64,000 nt of DNA, taken from assembly GCA_036003705.1 (NCBI GenBank), contig DASYSE010000102.1, positions 4,965 to 68,964 of the forward strand. Reading direction: 5' to 3'. Within the stretch, counting starts at the first letter, position 1. The number at the start of each line of letters is the position of its first letter. A program made the translations under genes and the position numbers. Positions 46,980 through 56,385 of this stretch are shown here, one piece after another. The notes under the pieces were generated by a model. The model was not told where the DNA came from. It saw only the letters and a program-made list of their open reading frames with translations, and made no database searches. The stretch comes from Actinomycetes bacterium. GTDB taxonomy: Bacteria; Actinomycetota; CALGFH01.

Positions 46980-48481
46980 TGGGGCGGGGCGGGGGGTCGT
47001 TGCGGGGACGGCTGGTGCTGGCGTTCGTGGCCGTCGCCGTCCTGGCCGCCGTGCTGATCGGGGTCATCACCCTGTCCCTGGTCCGCCTGGTGCCCGAGCG
47101 CGGCCTGGAGCGGCAGCTCGCCGACCAGGCGGTGGCCGTCACCGAGGCGGCCAACGGCCCGCCCCCTGCCCGAGGGGTGTGCGCGTTCGTCCGCGCCCTC
47201 CGGGTCGGCGACACCGAGGCGTACAGACTGGGCCGCAACGACCGGACGACCACGCCGCTCGCGGTCGCCTGCCAGCCACCCGGCCGCCGGCGCGGGATCC
47301 CCCTGGCCCCGGTCCCCGACATCGACCTGGCCGCCACCCTGGCCCGAGGCGAGGTCGTCAGCGGCACCAGCGACGGGCTGGCCTGGGCGGTCGCCCCGGC
47401 CGAGCGGGCCGTCCGCGGCGGCCGCGGCGGCGTGCTGCTGGTCCACGAGGTCCGCCGCCTCGGCGTCAGCCTGTTCCCGGTCGTCGCCTGGCGGCTGCTG
47501 CTGGCGACCGCCCTGGCCGTCGTGGTGGCGGCGCTGGTCGCCTGGCTGCTGGCCGGCCGGCTCACCGCGCCGCTCGGCCGGCTGGTCGCGGCCGCCCGCC
47601 GTGTCGGCGGCGGTGACCTGTCGACAAGGGTGCAAGTCGACGGCGACGACGAGGCTGCCGAGGTGGCCTCGGCCTTCAACGACATGGCCGCCGGCCTGGA
47701 GCGCGCCCAGGGCGAGCAGCGCGCGTTCCTGGCCAGCGTTGGCCACGAGCTCAAGACCCCCCTCACCACCATCCAGGGCTACACCGAGGCGCTGCTGGAC
47801 GGCACCGTCGAGGACCCGGCCGAGCGCCGCCGCTCGCTGGTCCGGGTCCACGCCGAGACCGTCCGCCTGGCCCGCCTCATCCAGGACCTGCTCGACCTGG
47901 CCCGCCTCGGCCGCGGCCAGTTCGCCGTCAGCACCGTCGACGCCGATGTCGGCGCCGTGCTGCGGGAGGCGGTGGCGGCGGCCACCGAACGGGCATCCCG
48001 GCGCGAGGTCACCGTCACCACCCGCCTCGCCCGCGTCCTCCACGCCCACGTGGACCCTGGCCGGCTCCGCCAGGTGCTGGACAACCTGCTCGACAACGCC
48101 ACCCGCTCCAGCCCCCCCGGCCGCCAGGTGCTGGTCGCGGCCAGGCCGCTGGACGGTGGCGGGGTTGAGGCGGCCGTGGTCGACCAGGGCCCCGGCATCT
48201 CGGCCGAGGACCTGCCCCACGCCTTCGACCGCGGCCATCTGTGGTCCCGCTACCGAGGCACCCGCGAGGTCGGTTCCGGTCTCGGCCTGGCGATCGTCAA
48301 AGCCCTCTGCGACGCCATGGGCGTCGCCATCCGCGCCGAGTCCGGGAACGGCGGCGGCACCGCCTTCCGCCTCATCCTCCCCCCGGCCCGCACCGCGCCG
48401 CCCAGCGGCGGCCCACCGATCGGCCCGACCACCCCGACCGAGCTTCCCACCCGCCCGCTGCCCCGAGCCCGCGGCCGATGA
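46979..48481 (+). CDS. Sensor histidine kinase (HAMP-HisKA-HATPase), partner of the upstream regulator
   Basis: Two TM segments, HAMP, H-box SVGHELKTPLTTIQGY, N-box LDNLLDNATRSS, and G-boxes DQGPGI / GSGLGLAIV. The ATG overlaps the regulator stop. Confidence 0.85.
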   Translation: MGRGGGSLRGRLVLAFVAVAVLAAVLIGVITLSLVRLVPERGLERQLADQAVAVTEAANGPPPARGVCAFVRALRVGDTEAYRLGRNDRTTTPLAVACQPPGRRRGIPLAPVPDIDLAATLARGEVVSGTSDGLAWAVAPAERAVRGGRGGVLLVHEVRRLGVSLFPVVAWRLLLATALAVVVAALVAWLLAGRLTAPLGRLVAAARRVGGGDLSTRVQVDGDDEAAEVASAFNDMAAGLERAQGEQRAFLASVGHELKTPLTTIQGYTEALLDGTVEDPAERRRSLVRVHAETVRLARLIQDLLDLARLGRGQFAVSTVDADVGAVLREAVAAATERASRREVTVTTRLARVLHAHVDPGRLRQVLDNLLDNATRSSPPGRQVLVAARPLDGGGVEAAVVDQGPGISAEDLPHAFDRGHLWSRYRGTREVGSGLGLAIVKALCDAMGVAIRAESGNGGGTAFRLILPPARTAPPSGGPPIGPTTPTELPTRPLPRARGR

Positions 48482-48547
48482 GGGACGAGCGTTGCTGAGG
48501 GGCGCTGGCTGCGAGCAGGCGGATCGGACGGACTAGAATCATCGCCT

Positions 48548-49411
48548 GTGACCTCGACCGGTTCCTTCCTTGCCCGGGCGGTGGCCGACGCCAGGTCGGA
48601 CGCCGAGCGCCGGGCGGCACGCCTGCCCCCTGCCGCGGTGCGGGCTGCCGCGGCGACCGCCCCGACCGCACGGGGGCTGCGGGCCGCTGTCGGTCGCGGG
48701 CCGGAGGGGCCCCGAGTGATCGCCGAGGTCAAACGCCGTTCGCCATCCAAGGGCGACATCCGCATCGACCTCGACCCGGCCGCCCTGGCCGCCGCCTACG
48801 CCGCCGGCGGCGCCTGCGCGATCAGCGTCCTGACCGAGCCGCGCCATTTCGCCGGCAGCCCCGCCGACCTGCTGGCGGCGCGGGCCGCGGTCGAGCTGCC
48901 GGTGCTCCGCAAGGACTTCGTCACCACCCCCTACCAGGTGTGGGAGGCGCGCGCCTGGGGCGCCGACGCGGTCCTGCTGATCGTGGCCGCGCTCCGGCCC
49001 GCCGAGCTCCGCGCCCTGCTCGACGAGACCGCCGAGGCGGGCCTGGACGCGCTGGTCGAGGTCCACACGGTGGCCGAGGCGGAGGCGGCCGCCTCCGCCG
49101 GCGCCAACCTGGTCGGGGTGAACGCCCGCGACCTGGCCACCCTCCAGGTCGACCCCGGCCGCTTCGCCGACGTCCGCCAGGCCCTGCCCGGCGGGACGAT
49201 CCTGGTCGCCGAGAGCGGCATCCGCGACCGCGCCGACGTGCAGGCGGCCGGCGACGCCGGCGCCGACGCCGTCCTGGTCGGCGAGGCCCTGGTCCGCGCC
49301 GACGATCCGACGAAGGCCGTCCGCGAGCTTCTTGCGTCGTCGGATCGTCGGGATGCGATGGACCGGCAGGGCGCAAGCGCTGCCACCGAGCCCGTTCCTG
49401 CTGAGCAATAG
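48548..49411 (+). CDS. trpC: Indole-3-glycerol phosphate synthase
   Basis: [52 protein letters not shown]. Confidence 0.85.
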   Translation: MTSTGSFLARAVADARSDAERRAARLPPAAVRAAAATAPTARGLRAAVGRGPEGPRVIAEVKRRSPSKGDIRIDLDPAALAAAYAAGGACAISVLTEPRHFAGSPADLLAARAAVELPVLRKDFVTTPYQVWEARAWGADAVLLIVAALRPAELRALLDETAEAGLDALVEVHTVAEAEAAASAGANLVGVNARDLATLQVDPGRFADVRQALPGGTILVAESGIRDRADVQAAGDAGADAVLVGEALVRADDPTKAVRELLASSDRRDAMDRQGASAATEPVPAEQ

Positions 49412-49419
49412 GAGGACAG

Positions 49420-50727
49420 ATGGCCGCGCCCCGCAAGATCCTGCTCGGTGAGGACGAGCTGCCGACCGCCTGGTTCAACATCGTGCCCTCGATGCCGACC
49501 AAGCCCGATCCCTACCTGCACCCGCAGACCCGCGAGCCGGTCGGGCCGGACGCGCTGGCGCCGCTGTTCCCCATGGCCCTGATCGGCCAGGAGGTCTCCA
49601 CCGACCAGTGGGTCGACATCCCCGGTCCGGTGCTCGACACCTACAAGCTGTGGCGGCCGACCCCGCTGGTCCGCGCGCTCGACCTCGAGCGCGCGCTGGG
49701 CACCCCGGCCCGCATCTACTACAAATACGAGGGCGGGTCGCCGGCCGGCTCCCACAAGCCCAACACCGCCGTCGCGCAGGCGTTCTACAACAAGGCCGAG
49801 GGTATCGCCCGGCTCAGCACCGAGACCGGGGCCGGCCAGTGGGGCAGCGCCCTGGCGTTCGCCTGCGCCCGGTTCGGCCTGGAGTGCAAGGTCTACATGG
49901 TGCGGGCCTCCTACGACGGCAAGCCCTACCGGCGCTCGCTCATGGAGACCTGGGGGGCCAGCGTCATCCCGTCGCCGTCGCCGGAGACCAACGCCGGCCG
50001 GGCCGTCCTCGGCCAGCACCCCGACTCGCCCGGGTCGCTCGGCATCGCCATCTCCGAGGCGGTCGAGGACGCCGCCCTGCGCGAGGACACCCACTACGCG
50101 CTCGGCAGCGTGCTCAACCACGTGCTGCTCCACCAGACCGTCATCGGCCTCGAGCTGAAGGCGCAGCTCGAGCAGGCCGGCGTCGAGCCCGACGTGCTGG
50201 TGGCCTGCGTCGGCGGCGGGTCCAACTTCGGCGGCTTCACCTTCCCGCTGCTGGCCGAGAAGCTGGCCGGCCGCAGGAGCACCAGGGTCGTCGCGGTCGA
50301 ACCGACCGCGGCCCCGACCCTCACCGAGGGCCGGTTCGAGTACGACCTCGGCGACCAGGCCGGCATGACCCCGCTGCTGCCCATGTACACGCTGGGGGCC
50401 GACTTCATCCCAGCCCCGATCCACGCCGGCGGGCTGCGCTACCACGGCGACTCGCCGCTGGTGTCGCTGCTGCGCAAGGAGGACCACATCGAGGCCGTCG
50501 CCTACCCGCAGTCCAAGGTCTTCGAGGCGGCCGTGCAGTTCGCCCGCACCGAGGGCATCCTGCCGGCCCCCGAGCCGGCGCACGCGATCCGGGCCGTGAT
50601 CGACGAGGCCCTGCGCTGCAAGGAGGAGGGTCGCGAGGAGACCATCGTGTTCAACCTCTGCGGCCACGGCCACTTCGACCTCAAGGCCTACGAGGATTAC
50701 CTGTCCGGGAACCTCCTGGATGTCTGA
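49420..50727 (+). CDS. trpB2: TrpB2-type tryptophan synthase beta-like PLP enzyme (TrpB paralog)
   Basis: Long N-terminus [17 protein letters not shown]..., [29 protein letters not shown] (PLP lysine), [14 protein letters not shown]. Perfect AGGAGGA RBS. Its stop overlaps the next gene's ATG. Confidence 0.8.
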   Translation: MAAPRKILLGEDELPTAWFNIVPSMPTKPDPYLHPQTREPVGPDALAPLFPMALIGQEVSTDQWVDIPGPVLDTYKLWRPTPLVRALDLERALGTPARIYYKYEGGSPAGSHKPNTAVAQAFYNKAEGIARLSTETGAGQWGSALAFACARFGLECKVYMVRASYDGKPYRRSLMETWGASVIPSPSPETNAGRAVLGQHPDSPGSLGIAISEAVEDAALREDTHYALGSVLNHVLLHQTVIGLELKAQLEQAGVEPDVLVACVGGGSNFGGFTFPLLAEKLAGRRSTRVVAVEPTAAPTLTEGRFEYDLGDQAGMTPLLPMYTLGADFIPAPIHAGGLRYHGDSPLVSLLRKEDHIEAVAYPQSKVFEAAVQFARTEGILPAPEPAHAIRAVIDEALRCKEEGREETIVFNLCGHGHFDLKAYEDYLSGNLLDV

Positions 50728-52066
50728 CCACGGCCCAGCCGGCATGGGGCACGGTCCGTCGGCGGCCGCCGGGCTGCAGGCCGACGACGGCCCAGCCGGC
50801 TTGGGGCACGCTCCGTCACCGGCCGCCGGGGTGGGCACGGCGGAGGTATTGCACCGGCCGGACCCGCTCGGGCACTTCGGCGCCTGGGGCGGGCGTTTCG
50901 TCCCAGAGGTGCTGATGGCCGCCCTCGACCAGCTCACCGACGCCTTCGAAGAGGCCATCGCCGACCCGGAGTTCGTGGCCGAGCTGGAGGCGTTGCGGCG
51001 CGACTACGCCGGCCGGCCGACCCCGCTGTTCCCGGCCAGGCGGCTGTCGCGGGAGCTGGGACTGCGGCTGTGGCTCAAGCGCGAGGACCTGCTCCACACC
51101 GGCGCCCACAAGCTCAACAACTCCCTCGGCCAGCACCTGCTCACCCGCAGGATGGGCAAGCCGCGGGTGATCGCCGAGACCGGTGCCGGCCAGCACGGCG
51201 TCGCCACCGCCACCGCGGCCGCCCTGCTCGGTCAGGAGTGCGTCGTCTACATGGGCGAGGAGGACACCCGACGCCAGCACCTCAACGTCGTGCGCATGCG
51301 GCTGCTCGGCACCGAGGTGCGGACGGTGGCCACCGGCACCGCGACCCTCAAGGACGCCATCAACGAGGCCCTGCGGGACTGGGTCGAGTCGGTCGGGTCG
51401 ACCCACTACGCCATCGGCTCGGTCGTCGGCCCCCACCCGTTCCCCCTCATGGTCAGGGAGTTCCAGCGGGTGATCGGGGACGAGGCCCGCGGCCAGATCC
51501 TGGCCGCCGAGGGGCGGCTGCCCGACCTGGCCGTGGCCTGCGTCGGCGGCGGGTCGAACGCGGCCGGGCTGTTCGCCGCCTTCATCGACGACGAGCCGGT
51601 TCGCCTGGTCGGGGTCGAGGCCGGCGGCCGCGGGCCCCAGCCGGGCCACCATGGGGCCTCGCTCGGCCTCGGCGAGGCCGGCGTGCTCCACGGCGCCCGC
51701 TCCTACCTGCTCCAGGACGCCGACGGCCAGGTCCTGCCCACCCACTCTGTCTCGGCCGGTCTCGACTACCCGGGGGTCGGCCCGGAGCACGCCTTCTGGA
51801 AGGACGCCGGTCGGGTCTGCTACGAGCGCGCCCTCGACACCCTCGCCCTCGACGGGTTCCGCCTCCTCGCCCGCACCGAGGGCCTGCTTCCCGCCCTCGA
51901 GCCGGCCCACGCGGTCGGCTGGCTCGCTCAGGCCGCCCGCGACGGCCGGGTCGCCCCCGGCTCCCTGGTCGTCCTCAACCTCTCCGGCCGCGGCGACAAG
52001 GACGTCGAGACCGTCTCCGCCCTGCTGGCCGACCCCGACCCTCCACCCGACCCTGCCGATGCCTGA
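50720..52066 (+). CDS. trpB: Tryptophan synthase beta chain (canonical TrpB1), with a repetitive ~40-aa N-terminal extension
   Basis: [38 protein letters not shown] (PLP lysine), [23 protein letters not shown]. The ATG at 50720 overlaps the trpB2 stop. Confidence 0.9.
   Translation: MSDHGPAGMGHGPSAAAGLQADDGPAGLGHAPSPAAGVGTAEVLHRPDPLGHFGAWGGRFVPEVLMAALDQLTDAFEEAIADPEFVAELEALRRDYAGRPTPLFPARRLSRELGLRLWLKREDLLHTGAHKLNNSLGQHLLTRRMGKPRVIAETGAGQHGVATATAAALLGQECVVYMGEEDTRRQHLNVVRMRLLGTEVRTVATGTATLKDAINEALRDWVESVGSTHYAIGSVVGPHPFPLMVREFQRVIGDEARGQILAAEGRLPDLAVACVGGGSNAAGLFAAFIDDEPVRLVGVEAGGRGPQPGHHGASLGLGEAGVLHGARSYLLQDADGQVLPTHSVSAGLDYPGVGPEHAFWKDAGRVCYERALDTLALDGFRLLARTEGLLPALEPAHAVGWLAQAARDGRVAPGSLVVLNLSGRGDKDVETVSALLADPDPPPDPADA
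50726..50839 (+). repeat. 57-bp in-frame tandem repeat x2 ([19 protein letters not shown] / [19 protein letters not shown]) at the trpB N-terminus
   Basis: gaccacggcccagccggcatggggcacggtccgtcggcggccgccgggctgcaggcc followed by a ~75% identical second copy. Confidence 0.75.
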
Positions 52067-52256
52067 CCCCGGACCGCCTGCACCCGCCCCCGGAGCCCCC
52101 GGCGGTCCGGCCGGGTTGGTCGACCAGGGCCCCCCATCCCCCGGTTCCGACCCCGGTGCCGTTGGTGACCCTGCCGGCTCGATGGCGGCGGCCTCCACAT
52201 CCCTGGGATCCCCCGGTTCCGCGGCGGCGGGGACCCGGCTGGGCGTGGCGGCCAGC

Positions 52257-53066
52257 ATGCCGGCGCCGCTGGAGCGGCTGGAGGGGCGGCTGGACCAGCT
52301 GCGGCGGGACGGGACGGCGGCCCTGATCGCCTACGGGGTCGCCGGGTACCCGGACCTGGACGGGTCGCTGGCGGCCTTCCGGGCGATGGCCCAAGCGGGC
52401 GCCGACGTGCTCGAGGTCGGCCCGCCCTACTCCGACCCGCTGATCGACGGGCCGGTCATCCAGCGGGCGGTCACCGCGGCGCTCGACGCCGGGACCCGCC
52501 TGGACGACGTCCTCGGCCTGGTCGACGAGCTGACCGCCAGCGTGGATGCGCCCGTGGTGCTGCTCGTCTACTACAACCTGGTGGCCCACCGCGGCCCCAG
52601 GCGGTTCGCGGCCGAGCTGGCCGCCGCCGGGGCCTGCGGCGCGGTCGTGCCCGACCTGCCGCCCGAGGAGGCGGGGGAGTGGCTGGACGCGGCCCGGGTG
52701 GCCGGGGTCGCCCCGGTGTTCCTGGCCGCCCCGACCTCCAGCGACGCCCGCCTGGCCGCGGTCGCCCGCTCCGGCCGGGGCTTCGTCTACGCCCAGGCGT
52801 CGCTGGGCGTGACCGGCCTGCGGGCCTCGCTGGCCGCCGGCATCGAGGACCTGGTCGGCCGGGTCCGCGCCCACACCGACCTCCCCGTCTGCGCCGGCAT
52901 CGGCGTCTCCACCGCCGAGCAGGCCGCCGAGGTGGCCAGGTTCGCCGACGGCGCCATCGTCGGCACCGCCCTGGTCCGCCGCCTCGGCGACGGCGGCCTC
53001 GACGGCCTGCGGACCCTCACCGCCGAGCTCGCCGACGCCGTCCACACCGCCCGCAGCCGTCGGTGA
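52257..53066 (+). CDS. trpA: Tryptophan synthase alpha chain
   Basis: ALIAYGVAGYPD, LEVGPPYSDPLIDGPVIQ, VLLVYYN, GAVVPDLPPEE, GFVYAQASLGVTG. The start is uncertain, with in-frame ATGs at 52182 and 52257. The track's 51651 start is a frame fusion over trpB. Confidence 0.85.
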   Translation: MPAPLERLEGRLDQLRRDGTAALIAYGVAGYPDLDGSLAAFRAMAQAGADVLEVGPPYSDPLIDGPVIQRAVTAALDAGTRLDDVLGLVDELTASVDAPVVLLVYYNLVAHRGPRRFAAELAAAGACGAVVPDLPPEEAGEWLDAARVAGVAPVFLAAPTSSDARLAAVARSGRGFVYAQASLGVTGLRASLAAGIEDLVGRVRAHTDLPVCAGIGVSTAEQAAEVARFADGAIVGTALVRRLGDGGLDGLRTLTAELADAVHTARSRR

Positions 53067-53091
53067 CCGCCGCGCGACCAGCCGCGAGCGC

Positions 53092-53280
53092 ATGGCATAC
53101 TGCCGGCGGCGGCGCGACGAGGAGGTCACCCGGCTGCTCGGGCTCGGGGCCACCCTGGTGGCCGACCGGCGGCAGCCCGACGGGACCGGTTGGGCCGTGC
53201 TGGCCGACCCCGAGGGCAACGAGTTCTGCGTTGAGCGCAGCGCCGCCGAACGGACCGCCGGTCCAGCCACCACCGGCTGA
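53092..53280 (+). pseudogene. C-terminal fragment (~60 aa) of a glyoxalase/VOC-family protein. Likely a gene remnant
   Basis: LLGLGATLVADRRQPDGTGWAVLADPEGNEFCV is the typical C-terminal beta-strand/loop of VOC proteins. No matching N-terminal part exists upstream, because the frame runs into trpA. Confidence 0.4.
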
Positions 53281-53308
53281 CGGCAACGCCGAATCCAGGC
53301 GTCCCCCC

Positions 53309-55357
53309 TCAGCCCAGGTCCAGGCCGACCTGAGCGGCGAGGAAGGTGAGGATGTCGGCGTGGAGCTCGACGGTGCGGCGGACCGAGCGGGCGCCGTGGC
53401 CGGCCTGGCGCTCGCGGCGGAACAGGACCGGACGGCCGGAGGTGGTGGCGGCCTGCAGGGCGGCGCACATCTTGCGGGCGTGCAGCGGGTCGACCCGGGT
53501 GTCGGAGTCGAAGACCGTGAACAGCACCGCCGGGTAGGCGGTCCCCTGGACGACCTTGTGGTACGGCGAGTAGCCGATCAGCCAGCCCAGCTCGGTCGGG
53601 TCGGCGGCCCGCCCGTACTCGTCGTTCCAGGTCTCGCCGAGGCCGAAGCGCTCGTAGCGGACCATGTCGAGCAGGGGGGCGCTGCAGGCCACGGCCGCGA
53701 ACAGCTCCGGCCGCTGGGTGAGGGCGGCCCCGACCAGCAGCCCGCCGTTGGACCCGCCGGCGATGGCCAGCCGCTCCGGTGAGGTCCAGCCGCCGGCGAT
53801 CAGGTGCTCGGCGGCGGCGGCGAAGTCGTCGAACACGTGCTGTTTGTTGGCCCGCATCCCGTCCCGGTGCCAGGCCTCGCCCTCCTCGCTGCCGCCGCGC
53901 AGGTTGGCGATCGCGTACACCCCGCCCTGCTCGACCCAGGCGGCCGTGACCGCGCTCCAGGCCGGTGTCTGCGAGATGTTGAAGCCGCCGTAGCCATACA
54001 GGATCGTCGGCCGGGACCCGTCCGGGGTCGACCCGTCCCGGTGCAGCACGAACAGCCGCACCTCGGTGCCGTCCATGGAGCGGTAGGTCTCCTGCCGGGT
54101 GGTCACCCCGCCCAGCAGGTCGACCTGGCCGGGGGCGTCCATCCACAGCTCGAGGCGAGCGTCGGGGACCCGGTAGCGGTACACGCGGGGCGGGGTGATG
54201 AAGTCGGTGTAGCCGAGGAAGACCTCGTCGCCGCCGTCGGGTCGGGCGGAGACGCCGAGCACCGACCCGGGCCCGGGCAGGTCGACCCCCGCCCGCACAG
54301 CCCCGGTCTGCCGGTCGTGCACCACCGCCCGTCCCACCGCGTGCCGGCTGGACGCCACCACCAGAGCGTCGTCGGTGAGGGCGAACCCTTCGAGCACGTC
54401 GCCGGACTCCGGCACCAGGTCGCGCCACGCCGCCGGCTCCGGCCGGGTCGGGTCGGCGACCACGATCCGGAAGCGGGGCGCATCCAGGTTGGTGTGGAGG
54501 TACAGCCGGCCGTCGACCCCGACCCGGCCGTCGGTCTCCGCGTCGACGCCCTCCTGGACGGTACGCAGGGCCCCGTCGCCGGCCAGGTCGGCGATGTACA
54601 GGTCGTTGCGGGGCGCGGTCCCGGCCGCGGACCCGACCAGCAGCCAGCGGCCGTCGAGGGAGATCCGCAGCGAGTGGTACTCGGTCTTCTCCCGGCCCTC
54701 GCCGAACACCAGCTCGTCGCCGTCCGGGTCGGTCCCCACGCGGTGGCGCCACACCCGCCGGTGGAAGGCCGCCTCTCCCTGGGGCACCGCGTCGGCGGGC
54801 AGCCGGCGGCCGTAGTAGTAGGTGTCGCCGCCGGGCAGCCAGGCCAGCGGGCAGTAGCGGGTACGGTCGATCGGGCCCTCGACGACCTGGCCGCCGGACA
54901 CGTCCATGATCCAGAGCGAGGCCTCCTCGTCGCCGCCCTGGGACAGGAAGTAGGCCAGCCGTTCGCCCTCCAGCGACGGCACCCAGCCGTCGAGGGTGAT
55001 GGTGTCGTCGTCGGCCAGGGCGCTCGGGTCGATCAGGACCCGCTCGGTCCCGTCGGCCTCCCGAACCAGCAGCACCGGGTGCTGCTGGTCGCCGCGGCGG
55101 CGCTGGAGGAACGCCCTGCCACCCCGCAGCACCGGCACCGTGACCAGCCCGGCCCCAAGCAGCCGCTCCAGCCGGTCCCGCACCGCCGCCCGGCCCGGCC
55201 TGCCCTCCATCCACCCGGCCAGCAGCTCGTCCTGGGCCTTGCTCCACGCCTCGGTGTCGTCGGCGTCGGCCTCCTCCAGCCACCGGTAGGGGTCGGCAAC
55301 CCGGAAGCCGTGCAGCTCCTCGACCAGGTCGAGCCGTCGGGCGGGCGGGTACCGCAT
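53309..55357 (-). CDS. Prolyl oligopeptidase (S9A family, prolyl endopeptidase)
   Basis: N-terminal beta-propeller plus a C-terminal alpha/beta-hydrolase domain with GGSNGGLLVGAAL (catalytic Ser), DTRVDPLHARKM and HGARS. ATG at 55357 with GGAGG RBS. Confidence 0.85.
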   Translation of the reverse strand: MRYPPARRLDLVEELHGFRVADPYRWLEEADADDTEAWSKAQDELLAGWMEGRPGRAAVRDRLERLLGAGLVTVPVLRGGRAFLQRRRGDQQHPVLLVREADGTERVLIDPSALADDDTITLDGWVPSLEGERLAYFLSQGGDEEASLWIMDVSGGQVVEGPIDRTRYCPLAWLPGGDTYYYGRRLPADAVPQGEAAFHRRVWRHRVGTDPDGDELVFGEGREKTEYHSLRISLDGRWLLVGSAAGTAPRNDLYIADLAGDGALRTVQEGVDAETDGRVGVDGRLYLHTNLDAPRFRIVVADPTRPEPAAWRDLVPESGDVLEGFALTDDALVVASSRHAVGRAVVHDRQTGAVRAGVDLPGPGSVLGVSARPDGGDEVFLGYTDFITPPRVYRYRVPDARLELWMDAPGQVDLLGGVTTRQETYRSMDGTEVRLFVLHRDGSTPDGSRPTILYGYGGFNISQTPAWSAVTAAWVEQGGVYAIANLRGGSEEGEAWHRDGMRANKQHVFDDFAAAAEHLIAGGWTSPERLAIAGGSNGGLLVGAALTQRPELFAAVACSAPLLDMVRYERFGLGETWNDEYGRAADPTELGWLIGYSPYHKVVQGTAYPAVLFTVFDSDTRVDPLHARKMCAALQAATTSGRPVLFRRERQAGHGARSVRRTVELHADILTFLAAQVGLDLG

Positions 55358-55488
55358 AGGTGAACCTCCGGTGGGTCGTCCAGGCGGAAGGGCATCGTAG
55401 CGGTGGCCACCGACCCTGCGGCGGCACCGTCCACAGATTCGCGCAAGCACTCGAACACGAGTTCGATGCACGTTAGATTCCTCGCGAG

Positions 55489-55576
55489 TGGTGCCCGAGG
55501 CGGGACTCGAACCCGCACGCCCTTTCGGGCAATCGCTTTTGAGGCGATCGCGGTTGCCGTAATTACGCCACTCGGG
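55489..55576 (-). tRNA. tRNA-Leu (anticodon CAA), type II with a long variable arm, CCA encoded
   Basis: Reverse complement: GCCCGAG-UG-GCG...CGC, anticodon stem AUCGC/GCGAU with loop CU-CAA-AA, a long variable arm, T-arm GGGUUCGAGUCCC, and acceptor CUCGGGC-A-CCA. 88 nt. Confidence 0.85.
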
Positions 55577-55598
55577 CTCGCCAGAGGAGGGTAGCGGA

Positions 55599-56348
55599 AT
55601 GCGGCCAGAGTGGGAAGTGACCCTGGTCCTGAGGCTTGTCGGGGCAGGCCTGAACGACTGCGTGATCGCGCGGCAGACCGGTATTCCTCGGGGTACGGTC
55701 CGCCAGTGGCGGATCGGCCGGGTGCCGAACTTCCGGCGTCAGTCCGGCACATGCGCCATATGCTCAGGCGACCCTCGAGCGCTCCCCCTGCCCGCTTACA
55801 CCTACCTCCTCGGCCTCTATCTCGGTGACGGGTGCCTCACGGCGTGTCCGCGGGACGTGTACAAGCTGCGGATCGCCTGCGCAGAGCGATATCCGGAACT
55901 CGTTCGGTACTGCGAGCTTGCGATGGCCGAGGTCCTTCCCAACAAGACCAACAAGGTCGGCCGGACCAGGAAGACGAACGAGCGCTGCTGGGAGGTCTAC
56001 TCCTTCTCCAAGCACTGGCCGTGTCTGTTCCCGCAGCATGGGCCCGGCAGGAAGCACGAGCGGAAGATCGAGCTGACCATGTGGCAGCAGGAACTGGTCG
56101 ACGCCGACCCGCGCCCGCTGGTGCGGGGGCTGCTGCACTCCGACGGCTGCCGGGTGCTGAACTGGGTGAACGGGACGCCGTACCCCAGATACCACTTCAG
56201 CAACGTGTCGGCGGACATCCGGGGGATCTTCGGGCGGGCCTGCGACCAGCTCGGGATCGAGTGGCGGCCGAACAATCCGTGGAGCCTCTCGGTGGCCAGG
56301 CGGGGAAGCGTCGCCCTGCTCGACGAGTTCGTGGGGCCAAAGCGGTGA
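55599..56348 (+). CDS. Hypothetical protein with an N-terminal HTH and two LAGLIDADG-like motifs (homing-endonuclease-like or DNA-binding). Atypical composition
   Basis: VIARQTGIPRGTVRQW (HTH), YLLGLYLGDGC and LVRGLLHSDGC (LAGLIDADG-like). GAGGAGGG RBS. Noticeably lower GC, with A/T-ending codons (TAT, ATT, GGT, CCT, GTT) that are rare elsewhere in the window. Confidence 0.5.
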   Translation: MRPEWEVTLVLRLVGAGLNDCVIARQTGIPRGTVRQWRIGRVPNFRRQSGTCAICSGDPRALPLPAYTYLLGLYLGDGCLTACPRDVYKLRIACAERYPELVRYCELAMAEVLPNKTNKVGRTRKTNERCWEVYSFSKHWPCLFPQHGPGRKHERKIELTMWQQELVDADPRPLVRGLLHSDGCRVLNWVNGTPYPRYHFSNVSADIRGIFGRACDQLGIEWRPNNPWSLSVARRGSVALLDEFVGPKR

Positions 56349-56385
56349 GGCCCGAGGATCGGCACGGGGTTGGCCGGGGTCGGCG

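Noticed and set aside
51975-55427. 1150-aa - strand ORF spanning trpA to the prolyl oligopeptidase
   Set aside because: Alternative frame. The recognisable POP domains are in 53309..55357 (-), and trpA is on +. The product is Arg/Gly/Pro-rich.
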